DNA of 64,000 nt, taken from positions 16,391 through 80,390 of IMG/VR virus record IMGVR_UViG_2744054526_000001. One strand, 5' to 3'. A program made the translations under genes and the position numbers. This DNA comes from a virus. Its lineage: Duplodnaviria > Caudoviricetes. Under the pieces are notes generated by a model that was not told the DNA's origin, made no database searches, and saw only the letters and a program-made list of their open reading frames with translations. Shown here one piece after another: positions 50,571 to 57,898 of the stretch. How positions within the stretch are numbered: position 1 is the first letter of the stretch; every line of letters starts with the position of its first letter.

Positions 50571-51896
50571 TCAACGCAACTCAACATTCTTTTTTTTACT
50601 GGTTTTGGTTTGTTCTAAGATCCAAGTCTCAATTTTTTCATGCCATTTGCGCAACAGATCTAAGGGACGACGGCGGTAGTGTTTTTCCGCCAGTGCACTT
50701 GGTTTGTGTCCCATAATTTGAGCAACAATACCTGTTGGCACTTCAACCCATTCTGCCAGGGTTCCAAAACTACGGCGTAAGCCGTGAAGGCTGATATGTG
50801 GCAACTCAGCTCGAGCTAACGCTCTGTTGTGTGCTGAACGCGGTTCAATAATTTTGCCACTTTTGCTGTTACTTCTGAAAACCCAACACTCCTTATTTAC
50901 GTCAGAATTTGGGAATTGCACTAGTGCACTTAACAGCTCAGAAACATAAGGAGTGAGAGGGATGATACGTTCGCCTTCGATCTTGTCTTTAATCCTCATG
51001 CTTGACCATTTGAAATCTACGTCAGACCACCGAAGTGACGCAATTTCTTCACGCCGTGCACCGGTGAGCAAAAGTACCTGGAGATAGGCCGATGCAATGG
51101 GATTATTGAGGCTACGTACGGCACTGAACCAGCTTTTTAACTGTTCTTTTTGTAAGCAATCTCCCGCTTTACTCGCTGATACTGGAACCATTTTTCTCAC
51201 GTTATGATCTTGTGCAAGATCGCCATGGATTATTCCCTGATATTTTTTCTGGTAATTAGCCCATTTGATAAATGCACGCAACAGACGGTAGGCATGAGCA
51301 GTGACGGTAGGCCGATTTTGTCTCTCTGTACTTAGCCATACGGCAATGTTCTCTGGTGTTAGTTCCGATAACGGTAGGTCGAGTAAGCTAGCCAATGGTC
51401 CAGACGAGGTTGGGCCCCGGCCTCTTTTTTTACTTTCGCCTCCACGGCTGGACAAGTTCACGTGATCGGCAATATAACGTGCAGAGTAAGGACGTTTAGT
51501 TTTTGCGCTGATTCCGGTTCTCAATTCTTGAAGATAATCTTCCCAAGCGCTTGAGAAGGTTACCTTCGTTTTACGAGATTCAGCCTGCTGTGATTCCGCT
51601 TCAGCAATTTTTTCTGCTTTAGCTATACGCGGATCTATCCCAGTATCGATTAATGTTTGCAGCCGCCTGGCTTCGGCCCTGGCATCATCAATCCTCCAAT
51701 CGTTAATGTTGCCAATGGTCATGCGAAGGGTTTTTCCCGCATATACGCTTTGGAACACAAAAGCTTTTGTTCCGCGAGTTGCCCGGCATGCCAGAGTTGG
51801 TACATCCGCATCCCAAAGAAATGCTTGGTTTTTACCTTCAGTTAAAGCAAATTTTCGAATGCGCTCGAAGGTGAGTTTTTGTCTCGGAAGTGCCAT
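50571..51896 (-). CDS. Tyrosine integrase (IntF-like)
   Basis: Arm-binding N-terminal domain, TGARREE, HGLRRSF, MGH, HY; ATG 51896. Confidence 0.93.
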   Translation of the reverse strand: MALPRQKLTFERIRKFALTEGKNQAFLWDADVPTLACRATRGTKAFVFQSVYAGKTLRMTIGNINDWRIDDARAEARRLQTLIDTGIDPRIAKAEKIAEAESQQAESRKTKVTFSSAWEDYLQELRTGISAKTKRPYSARYIADHVNLSSRGGESKKRGRGPTSSGPLASLLDLPLSELTPENIAVWLSTERQNRPTVTAHAYRLLRAFIKWANYQKKYQGIIHGDLAQDHNVRKMVPVSASKAGDCLQKEQLKSWFSAVRSLNNPIASAYLQVLLLTGARREEIASLRWSDVDFKWSSMRIKDKIEGERIIPLTPYVSELLSALVQFPNSDVNKECWVFRSNSKSGKIIEPRSAHNRALARAELPHISLHGLRRSFGTLAEWVEVPTGIVAQIMGHKPSALAEKHYRRRPLDLLRKWHEKIETWILEQTKTSKKKNVELR

Positions 51897-51933
51897 TTTT
51901 GGTCTCCAGATGAGAAAGGTTACATCACCATAA

Positions 51934-51976
51934 TGTAACGGCTGGTGTAAGTAAATTGGGGAAATACACATCAACA
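51934..51976 (+). repeat. Integrase arm-type site, right copy
   Basis: TGTAAC-N5-GTGTAAGT-N15-ACATCAACA matching 26010-26052. Confidence 0.7.
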
Positions 51977-52078
51977 CCTGTCAATTTTTATCAACAGGTG
52001 TTTTTTATAAGTTAATGTTTTATAATGAAATAATTGTTTTAAGAGTAGGTTTTTAAAGGGGTAAAAGTATAATAACTT

Positions 52079-52127
52079 CGCATTCGTAATGCGAAGGTCG
52101 TAGGTTCGACTCCTATTATCGGCACCA
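52079..52127 (+). repeat. att core: 3' 49 bp of tRNA-Thr(CGT)
   Basis: CGCATTCGTAATGCGAAGG...ATCGGCACCA; direct repeat of 25907-25952. Confidence 0.95.
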
Positions 52128-52240
52128 TTCAAACATCTTCTAACGTCTACTAAAGTTCACTCAAACCCCTTATACTCTGCATTGTGTCGCTCCTGATAGT
52201 ATTTTTACGTCTACCGACATACCCCAAAATCTACATGCTT

Positions 52241-52262
52241 CTGGGGGTACATTCGGGGGTAT
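52241..52262 (+). repeat. Arm-type repeats of the P4-like integrase
   Basis: Two GGGGGTA direct repeats upstream of int. Confidence 0.6.
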
Positions 52263-52292
52263 GTGCTGTTAGGTCTTGTGGAGATACCCCCA

Positions 52293-53507
52293 ATGAAGCT
52301 CAACGCCCGCCAGGTTGATACCGCTAAACCAAAAGATAAACCCTATAAACTTGCTGATGGTGGTGGGCTTTATCTTCTGGTTAACCCAAATGGTGCACGA
52401 TACTGGCGGCTTAAGTATCGTGTAGCAGGCAAAGAAAAGCTGCTGGCTCTGGGGGTATATCCAGACGTTACCCTCGCAGATGCGCGGGCTAAACGTGATG
52501 AGGCAAAAAGGGGGATCGCCGGGGGCATCGACCCTAGCGAAGCAAAGCGGGAAGAAAAGATATCCCGAGAGTTAAATGTCAGGAATACATTTCAGGAAAT
52601 AGCCTGCGAATGGCATTCCAGCAAGCTCTATAAATGGTCTGAGGGGTACGCCTCGGACATTATGGAAGCATTCAATAAGGATGTTTTTCCGTACATTGGT
52701 AAAAAACCGATCTCGGAAATCAAACCGCTAGAATTGCTTAATGTGCTTCGCCGAATGGAGGGGAGAGGGGCAACGGAGAAGGCTAAGAAGGTTAGGCAGC
52801 GCTGCGGTGAAGTTTTTCGCTATGCCATTGTTACTGGCCGGGCTGAATACAATCCAGCGCCAGATCTCACCAGCGCTATGCAGGGGCATGAATCCAGCCA
52901 CTATCCTTTCCTGAATGCGCCTGAGCTTCCCGCATTTTTTGAGGCGCTATCACGTTACTCAGGTAGTGAGCTGGTGGTATTGGCCGCGCGTTTGCTGATC
53001 ATCACTGGTTTAAGAACAGGTGAACTCCGAGGAGCTACATGGCAGGAAATCGACGTTGATGCTGCTGTTTGGGAGATTCCGGCGGAACGAATGAAGATGC
53101 GCCGCCCACACATAGTGCCATTGTCATTACAGGCGCAAGCCATAATCATGCGTATCCGGGAAATGACAGGCCGCTATCCCTATATATTCCCTGGGCGTAA
53201 TGATCCGCGTAAAACCATGAGTGAAGCCAGCATTAACCAGGTTTTTAAACGCATCGGGTATGCCGGGAGAGTAACAGGCCACGGTTTCCGCCACACCATG
53301 AGTACCATTCTCCACGAACAGGGCTATAACACCGCATGGATTGAAACGCAGCTCGCCCACGTCGATAAAAACTCTATTCGAGGCACATACAACCACGCTC
53401 AATATCTCGATGGCCGCCGGGAAATGCTTCAATGGTATGCCGACTATATGGATGCGCTGGAACACCATGAAAACGTGGTTCATGGGCGTTTTGGTAAATC
53501 CTCATGA
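52293..53507 (+). CDS. P4-like tyrosine integrase
   Basis: KLADGGGLYLLV, TGLRTGELR, HGFRH, QLAH, YNHA.YL..R. Confidence 0.95.
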   Translation: MKLNARQVDTAKPKDKPYKLADGGGLYLLVNPNGARYWRLKYRVAGKEKLLALGVYPDVTLADARAKRDEAKRGIAGGIDPSEAKREEKISRELNVRNTFQEIACEWHSSKLYKWSEGYASDIMEAFNKDVFPYIGKKPISEIKPLELLNVLRRMEGRGATEKAKKVRQRCGEVFRYAIVTGRAEYNPAPDLTSAMQGHESSHYPFLNAPELPAFFEALSRYSGSELVVLAARLLIITGLRTGELRGATWQEIDVDAAVWEIPAERMKMRRPHIVPLSLQAQAIIMRIREMTGRYPYIFPGRNDPRKTMSEASINQVFKRIGYAGRVTGHGFRHTMSTILHEQGYNTAWIETQLAHVDKNSIRGTYNHAQYLDGRREMLQWYADYMDALEHHENVVHGRFGKSS

Positions 53508-53566
53508 CTGGATGAATAGACAGTGATAGCTGATGCGGGTAGACTTCAGTAGACGAACAAAGAATA

Positions 53567-53622
53567 GGCTATGTCTAGGCTGATCCCCGAAAACCCGTAC
53601 ACCTCTGCGGGCTGACATAGCC
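53567..53622 (+). ncRNA. Candidate structured RNA between int and the next gene (int-alpA-like motif)
   Basis: GGCTATGTC/GACATAGCC outer stem, inner CCCGTA/TGCGGG hairpin, GCTGATCCCCGAAAA internal loop. Confidence 0.45.
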
Positions 53623-53651
53623 CCCAAAATCAGAGGGCGCGAGGTGGCGTT

Positions 53652-53972
53652 ATGTTAGATATCGCTGAAGTGCTCAAAGCACGAGAAAATGAGTTTATCA
53701 GTTTAAGAGAATTGATTACTCGTATCAGACTACAGCAACCACATGTCAGTGAATCCGATATCGCAAGTTTTCTTTACATTGAAAATAGTGATAGAGCGCT
53801 CCCTGAGTGGGTGAAGCAAGGTATTGCAAGCACGATTGAAGGAACCGATGGTGGATACCAGGATTCAGAATTGGTAACTCTCCTGAAAGTTATTCATGAG
53901 GAAGGGCATATGCCTGAGGTGACTCCGCCATCTGAGCCTCCTATGGACTTCGATGATGATATTCCATTCTAG
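53652..53972 (+). CDS. Hypothetical protein with SSB-like C-terminal tail
   Basis: 106 aa, GAGG RBS, ends SEPPMDFDDDIPF. Confidence 0.8.
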   Translation: MLDIAEVLKARENEFISLRELITRIRLQQPHVSESDIASFLYIENSDRALPEWVKQGIASTIEGTDGGYQDSELVTLLKVIHEEGHMPEVTPPSEPPMDFDDDIPF

Positions 53973-53989
53973 ATCTGGAGGTTAATGTT

Positions 53990-54448
53990 ATGGCGGGATG
54001 GGGACAGCCGGTGAAAGACCATTGGTCAGCACCAGCATTTGATACTTATGGCTTTAGGCGCTCCGAGTTGAAGCAGTTAGCGGATAAGCTTGGAATTGAC
54101 CTTTCAACTCCTCTTGAGGAGGTTAAGCCCACACCACTGAATGGTGTTGAGCAAAAACCACTTAGTGAAGCTGATGTTGAGATCCTGAAAATGGAAATTG
54201 ACACACTTAAAAAGCAGGTTAGAAAGCTCGAAAATGAACGCCCTATTTTAATTAACAGGTATCGGGAAGATGACCCTCTATACCTTGCGATTAAAATTCG
54301 GAACCAAGAATGGGCAAAGTACGATCCTGAGAATGATAGGCAAACAAGAGGCAACCAAACAGCGATTGTGAAAGACCTGGAGGATAAGGGTTTTTCGAAT
54401 GTCCAGGCCAAAGCAATCGAAATGGTCGCCTGCCCAATTAAACGTTAA
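53990..54448 (+). CDS. Hypothetical protein, possible repressor
   Basis: 152 aa, GGAGG RBS, central coiled coil, C-terminal HTH-like helices; directly upstream of the operator array. Confidence 0.7.
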   Translation: MAGWGQPVKDHWSAPAFDTYGFRRSELKQLADKLGIDLSTPLEEVKPTPLNGVEQKPLSEADVEILKMEIDTLKKQVRKLENERPILINRYREDDPLYLAIKIRNQEWAKYDPENDRQTRGNQTAIVKDLEDKGFSNVQAKAIEMVACPIKR

Positions 54449-54457
54449 GCAATTAAC

Positions 54458-54629
54458 ACCCTCAGGGATTATGCTGCATGATGCTTACCCTCAGGGTGAA
54501 AATGAAATTTTATCCGTACCCTCATGGCAGCACCTGGCTTACCCTGAGGGTACGATTACAAATAGATTCGCCGATTACCCTTAGCCCTTAGGGTTTATAA
54601 CTAAGAAAAATCCCTCATGCCTGAGGGTA
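54458..54629. promoter_or_regulatory. Array of CCCTNAGGG-type palindromic operators upstream of alpA
   Basis: Copies at 54458, 54487, 54518 (degenerate), 54541, 54577-54594 and 54612-54627. Confidence 0.75.
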
Positions 54630-54696
54630 TGATTTTTTTAGCTTTTTTCATGCCATCATTAATCTCGTAAACCGCAATGGACGTTACGAGGTAAAT

Positions 54697-54894
54697 ATGT
54701 CTCAGTCATTAATTAGATTTGCCGAGGTACAAAAGCGTACTGGCTATAGTAAGGCGTGGTTATACCGTCTTATGAGCGAGAAACGCTTTCCCGCAGCAAT
54801 TAAAATTGGTTCCCGCTCTATCGCTTTTATTGAAAGTGAAATTGACGAGTGGATTAATCAGCGCATCGCTGAGTCGCGTGGCGAGGTGGCGTAA
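54697..54894 (+). CDS. alpA: AlpA-family regulator
   Basis: LIRF.EV..RTG.S..WLY......FP..IKIG.RS..F.ESEI.EWI. Confidence 0.93.
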   Translation: MSQSLIRFAEVQKRTGYSKAWLYRLMSEKRFPAAIKIGSRSIAFIESEIDEWINQRIAESRGEVA

Positions 54895-55328
54895 TGGAAA
54901 AGAAAAACCGCCCCGTACAGCAGGCGGCTAACTCAGATATTCGCACGTCTGATATTACGCCGACCACCAGCCCGGTACAAGTACCTAAGCGTACCCCAAA
55001 GAAACACCGCGCCCGCGTCTATATGCTGCGCACTGGCGTAGAGGGATGGACAGAAAATGATATTCTGCGCTACTGCCGTCTTTCATCCGGGCGTAATTAT
55101 GCGTCTGAACTGGAGCGCCAGCTTGATATTCAACTAGAGCGTATCGACGAGAAAAACCCGGATGGTATCGGCGCACACCTGCGCTACCGCTTTTCCTGCC
55201 GTGGCGACGTTCTCAAGGTGATCCAACTTGTGAACCATAACGCCACCATTAATGAACATCACGGGTTATCTCAGCAGGATATTGCCGACATTCTGAACCT
55301 CTACCCGGACGCATTTAACGCCGCATAA
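54894..55328 (+). CDS. Hypothetical winged-helix-like protein
   Basis: 144 aa coupled to alpA; SSGRNYASELER. Confidence 0.7.
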   Translation: MEKKNRPVQQAANSDIRTSDITPTTSPVQVPKRTPKKHRARVYMLRTGVEGWTENDILRYCRLSSGRNYASELERQLDIQLERIDEKNPDGIGAHLRYRFSCRGDVLKVIQLVNHNATINEHHGLSQQDIADILNLYPDAFNAA

Positions 55329-55341
55329 CGGAGCCGAAAAC

Positions 55342-56184
55342 ATGACTATCGAAAAAAGCCGATTCAATTCGGAGGCCGCCCCACAATCCAATGCTTGCCA
55401 GGGCGAACATAGCAATAATGACTTTGCCGCGATTGTTCCCGTTATTTCCGGTCAAATTGGCGGGCGTGAGGCCAGTATTGTTAGCGCTAAGGCACTGCAT
55501 AAAGCGCTCGGAGTAGGTAACGACTTTTCAACCTGGATCAAACTACGCATTGATGAATATGGCTTTAGCCTGAGTGCTGATTACGTAGTTTTTGATTCCT
55601 CAGATTTCAGGAATCAAAGTTCAAATTTTGAACAGGGTAGCCCCGGATGGGTGACAAAGCGTGGCGGCGACCGTCGCAGTAAAGATTATGGCCTTTCTCT
55701 GGGAATGGCTAAAGAACTGGCAATGGTTGAGCGAAACGAACAAGGTCGCGCCGTTCGCCGTTACTTTATTCAGTGTGAAGAAGCCCTACAGCGCAGCGTG
55801 CCAGAGATTGCCGCTCAGTATCGCCGCCAGCTCAAAGCCCGTATCGGTGCCGCCAGCCTGTTTAAACCGATGTGCGTAGCACTGGAAAGCGCCCGCGCAG
55901 AACAGGGTAAACAGACGCAGGCTCGCCACTACAGCAACGAGAGTAATATGATCGCCCGCATTGTTTTGGGTGGCATGACGGCGAAGCAGTGGGCGCAGGC
56001 GAATAGCATTACTGGCGAACCACGCGACAGCATGAACGCCGGGCAACTGGAACACCTCACCTACCTGGAGAGTACCAACATTACGCTGATTGATATGGGT
56101 ATGGGATATGACCAGCGTAAAGCCGAGCTAATCCGCCTTTCTCAGCGCTGGTTAGCTAAACATCTGGGGGCTAATCATGCTTAA
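55342..56184 (+). CDS. AntA/AntB-family antirepressor
   Basis: VSA..LH..L....DFSTWIK.RI..YGF, MAKELAMVER...GR..RRYFI.CE. Confidence 0.9.
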   Translation: MTIEKSRFNSEAAPQSNACQGEHSNNDFAAIVPVISGQIGGREASIVSAKALHKALGVGNDFSTWIKLRIDEYGFSLSADYVVFDSSDFRNQSSNFEQGSPGWVTKRGGDRRSKDYGLSLGMAKELAMVERNEQGRAVRRYFIQCEEALQRSVPEIAAQYRRQLKARIGAASLFKPMCVALESARAEQGKQTQARHYSNESNMIARIVLGGMTAKQWAQANSITGEPRDSMNAGQLEHLTYLESTNITLIDMGMGYDQRKAELIRLSQRWLAKHLGANHA

Positions 56185-57001
56185 TGCCGCCGTCCAGAAT
56201 AAAGTCTTTCCCCTGGCTGGCCTGATGTGTACCTTGCGCGGGATCGCGCACACGCACGAGGGTAAAGCTGGCATAACAGTGCCAGCTAATGCCAGCTCCT
56301 CATTTTCTCGTCGTGGTGACGAGGAGAGTTTCGAGACCAGTACGCGCACGGGACTTTTTGCACCAGTACGCGCACGCGAGGAAGGTTTTTCTGACATCAC
56401 TACGCCAGGGGGAAATCATTCTACTGGCGTGAGTTTTCGGAGAAGTACGCGCGTGCGCGAAGGTGAGTTTCTGGAGTCCATAAAAAAGGGCTTGCCGACT
56501 ATCGCCAACCCGGTTTATGGTTATAGCGCACCAGCAGAATCTGGTGCCGGGATTGGTCTCCCGGTAAATCGAATGGCGACACACGACGCGCCTAGCGTCT
56601 TTTTTTGTGCCGTTAGCTCAGTACACCTCTTTTTCAGCGGTACGGGTATTATCCGTGTCGCTCGCAAAATTATGGTGGGCTGCGTGGGGGCTTCTTCGGA
56701 AGCGCCGGTGACCATTCGAGCCGGTAAGACCAACTCTGCGCAGTCCACCACCAGCAAGATTGGTCTCTTCGGTGGTGGGTTAATCCCAAATCGAATGGAG
56801 GCTGCCGCTATGCTGGCTACTACCCCTACCCAAAATCCGCAATTCATCTGGTTAATCGCAGCCGTTCGCCGCGACATGCCGACAATTACCGCCAAAATCC
56901 ATCATATCGCTGCTGAATCTGAGCGCGAAGCCCGCCGCACGCTGTCGCGGGATCACGTCTGTTTCTTTGCAGGCCGTATCCGTCAGGAGGTGGCAGCATG
57001 A
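56177..57001 (+). CDS. Ash-family ORF with C-terminal Icd-like host division inhibitor (internal ATG 56810)
   Basis: MLATTPTQNP...AESEREARR.L......FAGRI; spans the C4-like RNA. Confidence 0.8.
   Translation: MLNAAVQNKVFPLAGLMCTLRGIAHTHEGKAGITVPANASSSFSRRGDEESFETSTRTGLFAPVRAREEGFSDITTPGGNHSTGVSFRRSTRVREGEFLESIKKGLPTIANPVYGYSAPAESGAGIGLPVNRMATHDAPSVFFCAVSSVHLFFSGTGIIRVARKIMVGCVGASSEAPVTIRAGKTNSAQSTTSKIGLFGGGLIPNRMEAAAMLATTPTQNPQFIWLIAAVRRDMPTITAKIHHIAAESEREARRTLSRDHVCFFAGRIRQEVAA
56673..56750 (+). ncRNA. C4/CI-like antisense immunity RNA
   Basis: TGGTGGGCTGCG/CGCAGTCCACCA closing stem, CTTCGG hairpin, CCGG hairpin, AGACCAA bulge complementary to TTGGTCT upstream (56553) and downstream (56760). 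Confidence 0.8.
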
Positions 57002-57261
57002 ACATTAACGCCTTATACCGCCATCCGTCCGAGCTTGAAGCCGAAGCGATGTTATCCCGCGAGCAGGCTTACCCGGATGATTTTACGCTGGCAGACCGAA
57101 CAGCAGAACGTATGACCCGCGCCCGTAATGGGCTGGCTCACGTTATGACCGATTTAGCCACTCAACTAAACGATGAACAGGCCGCTATCGTGTATTGCTG
57201 GTTGAGTAAAGTCCTGACGATTGTCGATATAGCCAGAATTGATGCGGAGGGCAGCGCATGA
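56998..57261 (+). CDS. Hypothetical satellite protein
   Basis: 87 aa, ATGA overlap with the ash/icd ORF. Confidence 0.7.
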   Translation: MNINALYRHPSELEAEAMLSREQAYPDDFTLADRTAERMTRARNGLAHVMTDLATQLNDEQAAIVYCWLSKVLTIVDIARIDAEGSA

Positions 57262-57884
57262 GCAACGCACCGACCATTAAATCGGGAAATGCCGACTTAT
57301 TACACGCCGAAGCCACACCGCACGGCGTCAATATCATGACCCGCAATGATGCCGGGGGATATGAGCAGGTTGCTCTTATCAGCTACGAGAGCGCCGTGAA
57401 CGGCCTTGACGCCGGAGAGTACGACGACAAGCCAGATATCGGATACGCCATTCATTTTGCCGTTGCTGATGGCGGGGCGCGTGGCTGGTTCGACTTCACC
57501 GCGCAGCATAACGTCACCATGTGGCGATGGCTGGTTGCTGCGACGTTCATTTCTGAGATGAAGCGCGAAAACGGCACAACAACCATCACGGAGGATGACG
57601 GCAAATCGTCGCTGGTGACGTTTTATTCAAATGGCACGGAGGGGATTGTGGTTTACCCGTTCGCGGAACGTCTGGCGATGGCTAACAATATGGAGGGCGC
57701 AATGATTGAGCGCTACGGCATTGAGCAGGGAACAGCGAACGCCATTGTTTTTTATCAGGCCATGATCGACACGGAGCGCGGCGAGTTGACCCCGTTCGGG
57801 CGTCAGACGCTGGCAGAGCTACACGATGGATTCATTGCCGATCTGAATGAAAACGGCTTGCCTGAAATGCCAGCGGCGCACTGA
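57258..57884 (+). CDS. Hypothetical satellite protein
   Basis: 208 aa, ATGA overlap, precedes the primase. Confidence 0.7.
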   Translation: MSNAPTIKSGNADLLHAEATPHGVNIMTRNDAGGYEQVALISYESAVNGLDAGEYDDKPDIGYAIHFAVADGGARGWFDFTAQHNVTMWRWLVAATFISEMKRENGTTTITEDDGKSSLVTFYSNGTEGIVVYPFAERLAMANNMEGAMIERYGIEQGTANAIVFYQAMIDTERGELTPFGRQTLAELHDGFIADLNENGLPEMPAAH

Positions 57885-57898
57885 GGGAGGTAACACGA

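Larger units (their letters stand above)
25953..52127 (-). mobile_element. CP4-6-like integrative element with defence cargo
   Basis: Flanked by thrW 3' repeats; gene order matches CP4-6 (toxin-antitoxin, radC, klcA, DUF932, GTPase ... yagK-like, intF-like at the distal end). Confidence 0.9.

Noticed and set aside
53652-54448. Single gene split by a sequencing frameshift
   Set aside because: The first ORF ends cleanly at the DDDIPF tail and the second has its own GGAGG RBS and ATG 17 nt later; an ancestral fusion is possible but an error is not needed.
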